Position numbers and translations under genes: made by a program
The notes under the pieces: model-generated
What the model was told of the DNA's origin: nothing
Seen by the model: the letters and a program-made list of their open reading frames with translations, nothing else
Databases searched by the model: none
NCBI GenBank assembly: GCA_043742885.1
Contig: JAYTXP010000051.1
Coordinates: forward strand, 1-43,367
Length of the DNA stretch: 43,367 bases
Direction: 5' to 3'
DNA from: Chitinophagaceae bacterium
Lineage (GTDB): Bacteria; Bacteroidota; Bacteroidia; Chitinophagales; Chitinophagaceae
Part shown: in pieces, positions 26,535 to 38,194 of the stretch
Layout: every line of letters begins with the position of its first letter
Position numbering within the stretch: position 1 is the stretch's first letter

Positions 26535-27449
26535 TTAGCGTCTTGTCTGGCCCAGAACAAGACCCAGTTTGAATTCTATAGTGAAATAGTTGTCCTTTTT
26601 TTTAGGATTTCCTCTTGGATCACCTGGCAGCGTAGCATCTGCGGGATTGATCTCTTTTCTGCGATTGGCCAATTTATCAGCAATCGTGGCGACAGAAGGA
26701 TTCAGGTATTTATAAAACAGACTGGGATCAATATAATTTGTACTAACATCATCAAGGTAATCTGTAAATAGTTTGCGATCAAGAAATTCTATTCTTGCAT
26801 TGAACATGGATCCAAGCTCCATCCGAAGCCCCAAACCACCTAAGAGATTATATTGATGAAGATCGTATTCTTTTCTATCTGGATATTCACTGAAGTTTTG
26901 TCCTTCGGTATGTAAAGGTTTTAATGCATACCAGTTATTACCCAGTTTTCCCTGCCGGTCAAATGAAAAGTATCCGGCACCGATCACAAAATAAGGAGAG
27001 AGCTTAGGAGGAGCTTCACCCGCTTTATTAAATAGGATCATCGGGTGTACTTCAATTCCAATTTGTAATTCGGAGATCTGCGTTTTAAAACTTTGATTTC
27101 TTGCATAACGGCCATTGCTGTTATCACCATAAACTTTCAATATGCTGTCATAACCCACCACCGATCCGCTGGTTCCTTCAATTCTTCCCGAGATGGCGTG
27201 ATTATAGGTTACCATCATATATGCACCATAGCAAGGTCTTGAATTTGCCCATCGCAGATCCTTAACAGATCCTTTCCCAGGACCACTTTTTCCTCCCAGA
27301 TCAGTAAGCGCATTCATGATTCCTGCCTTAAATCCTACTTCATATAGAACAGGCGATTCATAATAACGATCATTAGAAAAATAGTATTGAGCCCTCAGTA
27401 CAGATGAAGGGAAGATCAATAAAAGCAGGTAAATAAATAATTTCCTCAT
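26535..27449 (-). CDS. Outer membrane beta-barrel protein (DUF6089/PorG-like)
   Basis: Signal peptide; PYFVIGAGYF, LHTEGQ, RKLFTDYLDDVS, RGNPKKKDNYF; its start overlaps the nth stop (ATGA). Confidence 0.7.
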   Translation of the reverse strand: MRKLFIYLLLLIFPSSVLRAQYYFSNDRYYESPVLYEVGFKAGIMNALTDLGGKSGPGKGSVKDLRWANSRPCYGAYMMVTYNHAISGRIEGTSGSVVGYDSILKVYGDNSNGRYARNQSFKTQISELQIGIEVHPMILFNKAGEAPPKLSPYFVIGAGYFSFDRQGKLGNNWYALKPLHTEGQNFSEYPDRKEYDLHQYNLLGGLGLRMELGSMFNARIEFLDRKLFTDYLDDVSTNYIDPSLFYKYLNPSVATIADKLANRRKEINPADATLPGDPRGNPKKKDNYFTIEFKLGLVLGQTRR

Positions 27450-28108
27450 GGAGCAACTGTGGCTTTGGTTTCTATTCGTTTAAAATATTTGCATGCGCTG
27501 CGAATACCGCAGTCTTCACATTTTGGACGGCGGGCCTGGCAAATATAACGACCATGCAATATCAGCCAGTGGTGCGCTTTATGTATTAATTCTTCCGGAA
27601 TATTTTTCACAAGATATTTTTCTACAGCTAATGGTGTCGTGGCTGTTTTAGGTACAAGGCCAATTCTCTTACTTACCCGGTTAACATGTGTATCCACTGC
27701 CATATTAGGCTGACTGTCCACCACCGAAGTGATCACGTTCGCTGTTTTTCTTCCTACACCCGGAAGTTTTATTAATTCTTCAACTCTCATTGGTACTCTT
27801 CCTTCAAAATCTATAACCAGCATCTGCGCCATTCCTATCAGATGCTTGGTTTTATTATTTGGATAGGAGATTGACTTTATTAATGGGAAGAGTTCCTCAA
27901 TCGTTGCCTTGCTCATGCCTTGAGGATCGGGATATTTCGCGAAAATGGAAGGGGTAGTGAGGTTTACTCTTTTATCAGTGCACTGTGCAGAGAGAATTAC
28001 GGCAACCAGCAATTGAAATGGGTCTTTAAATTCCAGCTCGGTTTCAGCCGCAGGCATATGTTCACAGAAATAATCAATGATGAATTGGTAGCGTTCCTTC
28101 AGTTTCAT
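27446..28108 (-). CDS. nth: Endonuclease III
   Basis: LLVAVILSAQCTD, HhH motif LPGVGRKTAN, AVDTHV, [4Fe-4S] motif C-x6-C-x2-C-x5-C. ATG at 28108. Confidence 0.96.
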   Translation of the reverse strand: MKLKERYQFIIDYFCEHMPAAETELEFKDPFQLLVAVILSAQCTDKRVNLTTPSIFAKYPDPQGMSKATIEELFPLIKSISYPNNKTKHLIGMAQMLVIDFEGRVPMRVEELIKLPGVGRKTANVITSVVDSQPNMAVDTHVNRVSKRIGLVPKTATTPLAVEKYLVKNIPEELIHKAHHWLILHGRYICQARRPKCEDCGIRSACKYFKRIETKATVAP

Positions 28109-28195
28109 ACAAGGCAAAAATAACCGAATCGGAAAGTGAGTGCCAATAAAAAAGCATTCCCGTAAAGAGAATGCTTAAAAAACTTAACGGCATCG

Positions 28196-28429
28196 TTACT
28201 GCACTTCCTGCGTAGAATGTTCCCTGGCGTAGTTCAGTACATTTAAAATGACTTCTGTACGGGGGGCGATCACGCTTTTGTCCAGCCTTTGCATCGAGGT
28301 CTTCAGTACATTGAGTTTCTCGCGAAGGGTCCAATCCTTCTTAAGCGCCTCTTCAATGGCTTGATTTTGTTCGGTGGACGCTTCCTTGTATAGATACAAA
28401 AGAAGGTCCTCAGGTGTAAAATTGGTCAT
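28196..28429 (-). CDS. Small anti-sigma-factor-like protein (anti-sigma-domain-like helices, no Zn ligands)
   Basis: EDLLLYLYKEASTEQNQAIEEAL...LREKLNVL resembles zf-HC2/anti-sigma N-terminal helices but has no HxxxCxxC; co-oriented with its neighbours. Confidence 0.55.
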   Translation of the reverse strand: MTNFTPEDLLLYLYKEASTEQNQAIEEALKKDWTLREKLNVLKTSMQRLDKSVIAPRTEVILNVLNYAREHSTQEVQ

Positions 28430-28535
28430 TTGCAACCGGTTAAATTGTCCAAAAAATAAGTTATTCAGGGGGTCCAGGATCTACATCATCCAAGTTTAGA
28501 AACGGAGAGCTAAAATCCTTATTGTGCTGGCTTTC

Positions 28536-30151
<1,616 letters not shown>

Positions 30152-30246
30152 TTAATATAAAATCTTGAATTGCAAAGAAACGAAAAAAACTGAGGGGAAA
30201 CGATGAGAGAAATAGCCATAGTAGTTTTCTCAGCCTAAGTCGGATA

Positions 30247-30254
30247 TACCTTTG
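30247..30254 (+). promoter_or_regulatory. Bacteroidota sigma70 -7 promoter element
   Basis: TACCTTTG matches the TAnnTTTG consensus and ends 47 bp upstream of the ATG at 30302. Confidence 0.55.
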
Positions 30255-30301
30255 TAATACCGGCTTTTTTAGATAAGTTTGAACCTATTCCCATCCTGCT
30301 A

Positions 30302-32764
30302 ATGCGTCGTTGTTTTACCCTTTTATTTCTTGCATTACCCGCAAGCCTGATTCTTTCGCTTTCAGCGAAGGGGCAAGCTGGCTCATGCCCTCCCAATCTT
30401 GACTTTGAGATGGGAGATTTTTCCAACTGGGAATGTCGTATCGGTTCTTTAAATGGTGATGGAAGTGTTAACTGGCAGGGAGTAGGAGCACCGGTTCCGG
30501 GAAGACAAACAATGCTGTCCTTAGCCAATGCTGGTACGGATCAGTATGGAGGCTTTCCTCAATTAAATCCAAATACAGGTGGACGATTCACTGTAAAACT
30601 TGGAAATACTAATTCTCCTCCCGGGAAACAAGTCAGCGAGATCGCCTATCAGTATACTATTCCGGCAAATGCCAATGTCTTTTCTATGATCTTTTGGTAT
30701 GCGATTGTACTATATGATCCGGGAACAGGACATGCCCCATGGGAAAGGCCTAGATTTAAGGCTAGAATTTTTAACGTCACCGATAATGTCTCACTTCCTT
30801 GTGTTGATTTTGATTTTATCGCCGCTTCCGGATTACCAGGATTCCGAAATTCCCCCTTAAACCCAAGTGTCATTTATAAGGATTGGACACCTATTACTTT
30901 AAATCTTTCCTCTCTTGCTGGTAAAACAATACGTTTAGAATTTGATACTTATGACTGTACAAGAGGTGGCCATTTTGGCTATGCCTATGTAGATGTAAGT
31001 CCTATGTGCAATGGCGTGATCTCCGGAAATTATCTATGTCCGAATACTCCGGATATTACCATGACCGCTCCCTACGGATTCCAGAATTATACATGGTATT
31101 CAGATATTACTTTTTCTACAGTTATTGGAACCACACAAACCCTTACGCTTAGTCCTGCTCCTGCAGTTGGCACAGTGATTCCAATAATAGTGGAACCTTA
31201 TCCTGGTTTTGGTTGTAAGGATACACTTTATGCTACAATTGATATCGCTGCACCTCCACTTGCAAATGCGGGCCCTGATAAAGTAGTTTGTAGTGGCACA
31301 GGTGTTCAGATCGGCAGTCCTCCTTTACCCGGCTTTAGTTATAATTGGAGTCCGGCAGCCAATGTTTCGAATTCAACTATTTCCGATCCGATTGCTACAC
31401 CACCGACAACTAATCCAACTGAATTCATTGTAGAAGTAATGGATCAAGTCACTAATTGTAAATCTCTGGATACAACCATTGTTACTACTGCCTCTATTGA
31501 TAATTCACTCAGCTATATCGGTCCTCATGAGATATGTATTGGCGAAGCAGGTCCTACACTGAATGTAAGTAACTCGGTTACGGGTATTCAATGGTGCGAT
31601 GTTAATACAGGACCCATACCGGGTGAAACGGGAATAAATTATTCACCTCTTGTTAGTGGTAATTATTATGCTGTGGTCACCCAGGGAGGATGCACCGATT
31701 CAACACGCAAAGAATTATATACAGTACATCCATTACCGGTTCCATCTTTTGACATGATCAGGGATACAGGTTGTGTTAAAGTGAGCGCCTTTGATTTTAA
31801 TAATACCAGCACTACTCCGGATAATGCTAATATGACCTATATATGGACCTTCAGCGATGCCACTGTGCAAACAGGTACAAATGCAACGCGCACATTTAAT
31901 AATGTGGGAGTTTATGATGTTTATTTAATAGCCACTACCGAATTTGGTTGTAAGGATATAACGGCCAAACAAATTTTTCGCGTAATGCCGCAGGGCAAAC
32001 CGAATTTCAGTTTTGATTCTATTTGCACCGGAAGACCTGTTCTGTTCCGCAATCTTAGTCAGGAAAATGGTTCCTTACGTGTAAATTATATTTGGGATTT
32101 TAATAATGGCGGTGCGCAGGTGAATATAAAAGATCCTTTCCCGATAGTTTATAATAATACGCCGGGCAAATATGATGTGACGTTAAAAATGACCACTCTG
32201 GGTTGCGAAACGGATACGCAAAAAGTTGTTCGCACCGTACAGGTAAATCGTCAGGCACCGGGAGTAACCTACCGCAACATCACTATACCAGAAGCCACCA
32301 CTAAATTCATTCATGTAAGAGATACTATTGGTTCTGTTTATAACTGGAGGCCAAGAATAAATCTTAGTCATTACGATACCCGTTATACAGAAGTCACTAT
32401 TACCGATGATATTATTTATTATATCGACATCAGCGATAAACATACCTGTGTTACTACCGATACCATGTACATACAGGTATTGAAAAAGCCCGGCTTTTAT
32501 CTTCCTACCGCCTTCACACCAAATGGTGATGGGTTGAATGATGTGGTAAGGCCTTATCTGGTTGGTATGAAAGGATTAAAAAGTTTTTCCGTCTTTAATC
32601 GCTGGGGTAATCTTATTTATTTCACGGAAAAATATGGAGAGGGCTGGGATGGTAAACACCTGAACGAAACGCAGGCCTCCGGAGTATATATCTGGATACT
32701 TCGCTTCTATGATGCCAGCAATAAACTGGTTACTGAGAAAGGCACTATTTCATTGATCCGCTGA
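30302..32764 (+). CDS. PKD/Ig-repeat surface protein with a T9SS type B (gliding motility-associated) C-terminal sorting domain
   Basis: Signal peptide; ANAGPD, YIWTFSD and YIWDFNNG PKD-like repeats; C-terminal YLPTAFTPNGDGLND...FNRWG...WDG...GVY...KGTISLIR. Confidence 0.92.
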   Translation: MRRCFTLLFLALPASLILSLSAKGQAGSCPPNLDFEMGDFSNWECRIGSLNGDGSVNWQGVGAPVPGRQTMLSLANAGTDQYGGFPQLNPNTGGRFTVKLGNTNSPPGKQVSEIAYQYTIPANANVFSMIFWYAIVLYDPGTGHAPWERPRFKARIFNVTDNVSLPCVDFDFIAASGLPGFRNSPLNPSVIYKDWTPITLNLSSLAGKTIRLEFDTYDCTRGGHFGYAYVDVSPMCNGVISGNYLCPNTPDITMTAPYGFQNYTWYSDITFSTVIGTTQTLTLSPAPAVGTVIPIIVEPYPGFGCKDTLYATIDIAAPPLANAGPDKVVCSGTGVQIGSPPLPGFSYNWSPAANVSNSTISDPIATPPTTNPTEFIVEVMDQVTNCKSLDTTIVTTASIDNSLSYIGPHEICIGEAGPTLNVSNSVTGIQWCDVNTGPIPGETGINYSPLVSGNYYAVVTQGGCTDSTRKELYTVHPLPVPSFDMIRDTGCVKVSAFDFNNTSTTPDNANMTYIWTFSDATVQTGTNATRTFNNVGVYDVYLIATTEFGCKDITAKQIFRVMPQGKPNFSFDSICTGRPVLFRNLSQENGSLRVNYIWDFNNGGAQVNIKDPFPIVYNNTPGKYDVTLKMTTLGCETDTQKVVRTVQVNRQAPGVTYRNITIPEATTKFIHVRDTIGSVYNWRPRINLSHYDTRYTEVTITDDIIYYIDISDKHTCVTTDTMYIQVLKKPGFYLPTAFTPNGDGLNDVVRPYLVGMKGLKSFSVFNRWGNLIYFTEKYGEGWDGKHLNETQASGVYIWILRFYDASNKLVTEKGTISLIR

Positions 32765-33478
32765 TCAATTACTATTTGTCAGTTTTCTGAAAATTTCTTC
32801 CAGGCTATCCGTTTGAAACTGGGATCGCAAACCGGGAAGGGTATTGTCTGCAACCAGCACACCTTTATTAATAATGATAACGCGGTCACATATTGCTTCC
32901 ACTTCCTGTAATATATGAGAGGAGAATAAAACGGTTTTATCTTTTCCCTGTTCTTTGATCACTTCCCTTATCTCAATGATCTGGTTAGGATCCAGTCCTG
33001 AAGTAGGTTCATCCAGTATCAATACTTCGGGATCATGTATCAAGGCGCCAGCTAATCCTACCCTTTGTTTAAATCCTTTGGATAGTTGCCCGATCTTTTT
33101 GCTGCTTTCGGGCATCAAGCCTGTCATGCTGATCACCTGTTCAATACGAGCTTTCTTTTCCGGAACATGATGTACTTCGGAAAGGAAATCCAGGTATTCT
33201 TTTACATACATATCATAATAAAGTGCATTCAGTTCCGGGAGATAACCGATCTTCTTTTTTATTTTTAAAGGTTCATCTTTCACGTTTAATCCGCATACAT
33301 ATACTTCACCTCCATTGCTATGAATATATCCTGTGATGATTTTCATCGTGGTTGATTTTCCGGCTCCATTCGGGCCCAGAAATCCAACGATCTCGCCTTT
33401 ATTTACCTGGAAAGAAATATGGTCTACTGCTTTTTGCTCGCCATAAATTTTTACAAGATCTTTTACCTTGATCGACAT
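32765..33478 (-). CDS. gldA: ABC transporter ATP-binding protein, GldA-like
   Basis: GFLGPNGAGKSTTMK, LSKGFKQRVGLA, LILDEPTSGLDPNQI, SSHILQEV. The GldA call rests on recall of the family sequence and is not certain. Confidence 0.75.
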   Translation of the reverse strand: MSIKVKDLVKIYGEQKAVDHISFQVNKGEIVGFLGPNGAGKSTTMKIITGYIHSNGGEVYVCGLNVKDEPLKIKKKIGYLPELNALYYDMYVKEYLDFLSEVHHVPEKKARIEQVISMTGLMPESSKKIGQLSKGFKQRVGLAGALIHDPEVLILDEPTSGLDPNQIIEIREVIKEQGKDKTVLFSSHILQEVEAICDRVIIINKGVLVADNTLPGLRSQFQTDSLEEIFRKLTNSN

Positions 33479-33537
33479 TCTGCAAATTAAGGAATTGTGA
33501 GAGTGAAAAATGTGAAAATGGTGGTATTTTCACAAGG

Positions 33538-34803
33538 ATGATTATACTGATCTCCCTGCTTTTCATTTTGGGATATGCCAGTATTGTACTGGAGCATCCG
33601 CTTAAAATTAATAAGGCCGCCACCGCTTTACTTACCGGGGTGCTTTGCTGGTCGGCTTTTGCAATGATGCAAAACGAACCCGTGAGTGATCCTTTGTTTC
33701 ATCATCTTTCAGAAATATCATCTATACTTTTTTTCCTTCTGGGTGCCATGGTGGTAGTGGAATTAATAGACCTGCATGATGGATTTGTAGTACTTACCGA
33801 TATCATTCGCACACGTGACCTGAAAAAACTGGTGCTGCTGATTGCCCTGCTTACATTTTTTCTTTCGGCGGTATTAGATAATCTGACCACCACCATTGTG
33901 ATGGTATCGCTGGTAAGAAAATTGGTCCCTGATAAAAAGGACCGCTTTCTTTTTATAGGCTTGATCGTTATTTCCGCGAATGCGGGAGGAGCCTGGAGCC
34001 CGATTGGTGATGTTACCACTACTATGCTTTGGATGGGAAACCAGGTAACTTCCCTAAATATTATTTTTAAAACTTTTCTCCCATCATTGGCAAGTTGTCT
34101 GATTTCTGTTTTGTTTATCAGGTCGCAGGTAAAAGGCGAAGCCGCAAAGTTGGAAACAGGGGAGGAATTACGAACCACTCCAGTGGAAAGAAGAATTGTT
34201 TTTTTCCTGGGGCTTGCCTGCCTGCTTTTTGTACCGATATTTAAAATAGTAACTCATCTTCCTCCATATATGGGAATTTTATTTGGGTTAGGTTTAATGT
34301 GGGTAGTTACAGAATTAATGCACCGCGATAAACAGGAGGATGAGAAAGGGATACTTTCAGTAAATCATGCCATTCGAAAGATCGATACGCCGGGTATTCT
34401 TTTCTTTCTGGGTATCCTGCTTAGTGTGGCCGCATTAGAATCAACAGGCATACTGCATAGTTTATCTACTTTTCTCGATGACAGGGTTGGAAATATCAGT
34501 ATCATTTCATTGATCACAGGTTTATTATCCGCTATTGTAGATAATGTACCACTGGTGGCTGCTGCACAGGGTATGTATGGATTAGATACTTATCCTACCG
34601 ATCATTTCTTCTGGGAGTTCCTGTCCTATTGTGCCGGAACCGGAGGCAGTATTCTCATCATTGGCTCTGCCGCCGGCGTGGCCGCAATGGGTATCGAAAA
34701 AATTCGTTTTTTCGAATACCTCAAACGTATTGGCTGGATCGCGCTGATCGGTTATTTCGCCGGGGCGCTGGTGTTTTTATTGCAACAACGAATAGTTTCC
34801 TGA
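33538..34803 (+). CDS. nhaD: Na+/H+ antiporter NhaD family
   Basis: Polytopic membrane protein with LDNLTTTI, NAGGAWSPIGDVTT, SAIVDNVPLVAA, GTGGSILIIGSAAG. Confidence 0.9.
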   Translation: MIILISLLFILGYASIVLEHPLKINKAATALLTGVLCWSAFAMMQNEPVSDPLFHHLSEISSILFFLLGAMVVVELIDLHDGFVVLTDIIRTRDLKKLVLLIALLTFFLSAVLDNLTTTIVMVSLVRKLVPDKKDRFLFIGLIVISANAGGAWSPIGDVTTTMLWMGNQVTSLNIIFKTFLPSLASCLISVLFIRSQVKGEAAKLETGEELRTTPVERRIVFFLGLACLLFVPIFKIVTHLPPYMGILFGLGLMWVVTELMHRDKQEDEKGILSVNHAIRKIDTPGILFFLGILLSVAALESTGILHSLSTFLDDRVGNISIISLITGLLSAIVDNVPLVAAAQGMYGLDTYPTDHFFWEFLSYCAGTGGSILIIGSAAGVAAMGIEKIRFFEYLKRIGWIALIGYFAGALVFLLQQRIVS

Positions 34804-35439
34804 TCAGAGATCATCATAAGTATAGATATCATCGATCTTAGTTCCAGCCTTCATATCACACACCGGTTTGATCAGACCATCCTTTAATCCATATACCCAT
34901 CCATGTAATTCAGGACGTTGTTCATGCTTCCATGTTTTTTGAATGATGGAGGTTTTTGCCAGGTTGAATATCTGTTCTTTTACATTCAGCTCTACCAGGC
35001 GGTCCGCTTTTTCTTCTTCATTGGTAATGCTGGCCAGCTCCTGGCTATGGATGCGACAAACATCTTTGATATTGCGCAGCCACATATTGAGCACGGCTTT
35101 AAAATCATGATTAGTAAGCGCGGCTTTCACACCACCGCAACCATAATGACCGCAAACGATCACATGTTTCACTTTTAAATGATTGACTGCATAATCTAAA
35201 ACGGCCAGCAGGTTCACATCTGTATTGATGACCAGATTGGCGACATTTCGGTGAACGAATATCTCACCTGGTTGTGTCCCGGTGATCTCATTGGCTGGTA
35301 CGCGACTATCGCTGCAGCCGATCCATAAGAACTCAGGGGTTTGAAGATGCGCCAGGCGATCGAAGTATTGCGGATCATCCGCTAATTTTTCATTTGCCCA
35401 GGCTTTATTCTCAAGAAGTAACTTCTGATAGGATTGCAT
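34804..35439 (-). CDS. can: Beta-class carbonic anhydrase
   Basis: WIGCSDSRVP, GEIFVHRNVAN, VCGHYGCGG. ATG at 35439 preferred. Confidence 0.95.
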   Translation of the reverse strand: MQSYQKLLLENKAWANEKLADDPQYFDRLAHLQTPEFLWIGCSDSRVPANEITGTQPGEIFVHRNVANLVINTDVNLLAVLDYAVNHLKVKHVIVCGHYGCGGVKAALTNHDFKAVLNMWLRNIKDVCRIHSQELASITNEEEKADRLVELNVKEQIFNLAKTSIIQKTWKHEQRPELHGWVYGLKDGLIKPVCDMKAGTKIDDIYTYDDL

Positions 35440-35474
35440 GATGTAAATGTAAATAGATTTAACATCATGCAGTA

Positions 35475-36878
35475 TTAGGGTTTTGAACCCAGGATTCCTA
35501 TTGCCCAAATTAATTTATAGGCTGTGAATGAATATCTATTTCGCAACTCCTGTAATTTTTGTTTAGCCTCCAGTGATTTATTCTCCCTTGCATTTACTAA
35601 AAACAGGGAACTTTCTCCATTACGTACCCTGGTTTCCTCAGCCCGCTGAAGAGCTAATAAGTTATTTAGCATCTGCTGCTGCAGTTTCACCTGGCGCAGA
35701 AGCGTTTGCCATTCATTATGAATGGAACGGATCTTCATTGCGACCATTACCTGTTTATTATTTTGCTGAAAACGGGTCTCCAGTATTTTAAGTTTAGCTT
35801 TTCGATATTCGGCTCTTCCTTTTGATAATCGTAAAGGAATACCAAGGCTTAATCCATATTGAAAATTATTTCCAAACAGTGGGCCACTGCCTGCACTAAT
35901 TATATTATATCCTTTCCCCAATTGATTATATTGAAACCTTGCCTCAGGTAATAATTCCTGGAACTTCCATTTCTTTTCCACTTCAAGAGCCTTCAATTTA
36001 AAAGGGTATTGCATTAGTTCAGGATGCTGCAAGCCTGCCTTTTCAAGAAGTAAAGACAATGGATCATTCAATATTTCCAGTGAAAGGGTTTCACCAGCAG
36101 GAATCGTGCTGCTGTCAAGATCAAGTGGTTCCTGATTATTATTCCAGATAAAAGAGGATAATTCAAATCGGTGATTTTGAAATTCCATTTGAGCCTGGTT
36201 ATATTGTAATTCTATCTGCTGTAATTGTGTGATGGCCTCTACCGTATCAATAGCAGGCCGGTCGCCCAATCGATAACCTGTCTTTACCCATTCTACCCGC
36301 CGACGATTGATCATAAGGGCGTCTTCGAGAATCTGGCAGACATGGAATTGCTGCGACCAGTTCCAGTAAACTCTGAGTGCCTCTAATAAAATATCATTTA
36401 GTAATGCTGCTCTTTCAAATTCACTTGCCTGCCGGTAGATCTGCGCGGTGCGAAGTATGGCCCTTCTTTTATCCATCAGCAGATCTTTTGCAAGAGGAAC
36501 GGATATACCCCAGAAATGACTGGAACCACGGGTATCTTCTGGATCTGTTTTACCACCAGAAAGATAAGAGGTGCCCGCACTGATCTCTACGCCCCCCCAG
36601 GTGGGAATCTCTAACTTTGGCCGGTTAAAATAATAGTACATGTCTGTACCAAAACTCTTTTGTCCCGTTTCATTTCTTAATTGTGGATCAAAGTTTCCCC
36701 TGGCAGCCAGTACTTCCACTTTGGCCTTATCAACTATCAGGTCTGCTTGGTTTGCAATCGGGTGATTTTTTTTAACCAGTTCTATCAGCTGCTCAGCACT
36801 AAAGCTTGTTGCTTGTCCGTATACGGTTGAAACGCTGCAAAAAAATATAAATGAGAGTATTATAAATGATCGCTTCAT
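35475..36878 (-). CDS. TolC family outer membrane channel
   Basis: Signal peptide from MKRSFII (36878, ATGA overlap with the HlyD stop); ARGNFDP, GISVPL, LLPE, GIPLR, GESSLFLVNARE. Confidence 0.88.
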   Translation of the reverse strand: MKRSFIILSFIFFCSVSTVYGQATSFSAEQLIELVKKNHPIANQADLIVDKAKVEVLAARGNFDPQLRNETGQKSFGTDMYYYFNRPKLEIPTWGGVEISAGTSYLSGGKTDPEDTRGSSHFWGISVPLAKDLLMDKRRAILRTAQIYRQASEFERAALLNDILLEALRVYWNWSQQFHVCQILEDALMINRRRVEWVKTGYRLGDRPAIDTVEAITQLQQIELQYNQAQMEFQNHRFELSSFIWNNNQEPLDLDSSTIPAGETLSLEILNDPLSLLLEKAGLQHPELMQYPFKLKALEVEKKWKFQELLPEARFQYNQLGKGYNIISAGSGPLFGNNFQYGLSLGIPLRLSKGRAEYRKAKLKILETRFQQNNKQVMVAMKIRSIHNEWQTLLRQVKLQQQMLNNLLALQRAEETRVRNGESSLFLVNARENKSLEAKQKLQELRNRYSFTAYKLIWAIGILGSKP

Positions 36879-38185
36879 GATTTTTGTTTTTTCGTTTCCA
36901 CATTTTTGTAATGATCTGGCGGGAATCCATTGATGTTGCGCCAGAGCTCGTACCATACGGGTACGTCTTTAAGTAAAATGATTCCATTCGATCCGGTGCC
37001 TACTTTTAATTCTTTTGGCCAGGGTCGATCACTTGTATCCTCCTTCACCAACACCCTGAATTTTCCATTGCTGCTTATGATAGTTTCTACCGCCGAGATC
37101 TCTCCTCCGAATGTTCCGGAAGAGGCTTCTGGCCACCCGCTGAAAACGATAGCAGGAAATCCATCGAACAGAAATCGAAGCTTCTGTCCTTTTTCTATCA
37201 GGGGAAGATCTACCGGGCGCACAAAAAGTTCAACTGCCAGTTCGGCTTTATCAGGCACGATCTCCGCGATCATTTCACCTTCTTTTACGATCTCGCCAAT
37301 GCCGGCTTTTTGAGCTTTTACTACCTGCCCGCTTTGTGGTGCGATCAGTGTATACATGCCATTTCGGATCTTATAACTGGCATATAAATTTTGAAGCTTT
37401 GCAATATCCGCACGGCCTGTGGCTATCTGTGACAAAGACTGAAACTGATCGCTTTCAGCCTTGGAAACTTTTTCTAAGTTCTCCTGTTTCAGGGCACTGA
37501 TCTCTATCTGCGCAATGGTCAGGTCCTGGCGGCTATTGGCCCATTTATTATCAGCGCTTATTTTTTTTGCGCTGGCCTGCTGATAAACCAGGTTCCTTGT
37601 TTCCAATTGAGTAAGTGATACCAGGCCGCTATCATAAAGGGAACGTTGCCTGTCATACTGCAGGTTAGCAATACGCAGATCATTGGCAGAAGCCATGGCT
37701 TCTGCACTATCACCCTGAATTTTTAATTGCAATTGACGGATCTTATTGGAGAGCTGATCCTGCTTTAGTACAAGTCCTGAATTAAGCGCATTGATCTGTC
37801 CTTTGGCGGCGCTCACTTTATTTGCATAATAATCTATTGATAATTCTTTGCCTGTTAGTTGCTCTTTAGTTCTTTCTAAAAGGGCAGGGTCAAGGTAATC
37901 CACCTTTACCTCTGTAAGCTGGATCAGCGTATCACCTGCTTTTACAAAATCTCCTTCTTTCACATACCATTTCATCACTTTCCCACCAATGATCGTATTG
38001 ATCTCCTGGGGTCGCTGATACTGATAAAGGGTGGTGACCATACCTGTTGCCCTGATATTCTGTGTCCAGGGAAGAAAAAGAAAAACACCCATAGCCAGCA
38101 AAAGAAAATAGATCCATTTGCTGATACTTGTTTTTTTACCGATCTCATAAATATGGGAGTAGGATCGGAATGTATAATGACTCAT
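36875..38185 (-). CDS. HlyD family membrane fusion protein
   Basis: N-terminal TM helix; lipoyl-like VKEGDFVKAGDTL; long coiled coil; IAPQSGQV; FDGFPAIVFSGWP. Confidence 0.9.
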   Translation of the reverse strand: MSHYTFRSYSHIYEIGKKTSISKWIYFLLLAMGVFLFLPWTQNIRATGMVTTLYQYQRPQEINTIIGGKVMKWYVKEGDFVKAGDTLIQLTEVKVDYLDPALLERTKEQLTGKELSIDYYANKVSAAKGQINALNSGLVLKQDQLSNKIRQLQLKIQGDSAEAMASANDLRIANLQYDRQRSLYDSGLVSLTQLETRNLVYQQASAKKISADNKWANSRQDLTIAQIEISALKQENLEKVSKAESDQFQSLSQIATGRADIAKLQNLYASYKIRNGMYTLIAPQSGQVVKAQKAGIGEIVKEGEMIAEIVPDKAELAVELFVRPVDLPLIEKGQKLRFLFDGFPAIVFSGWPEASSGTFGGEISAVETIISSNGKFRVLVKEDTSDRPWPKELKVGTGSNGIILLKDVPVWYELWRNINGFPPDHYKNVETKKQKS

Positions 38186-38194
38186 AATATTTTT

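Noticed and set aside
32765-33478. Short (237 aa) GldA-like ATPase as a pseudogene
   Set aside because: All NBD motifs are intact and it ends in a normal SLEEIFRKLT helix; no frameshift is evident.
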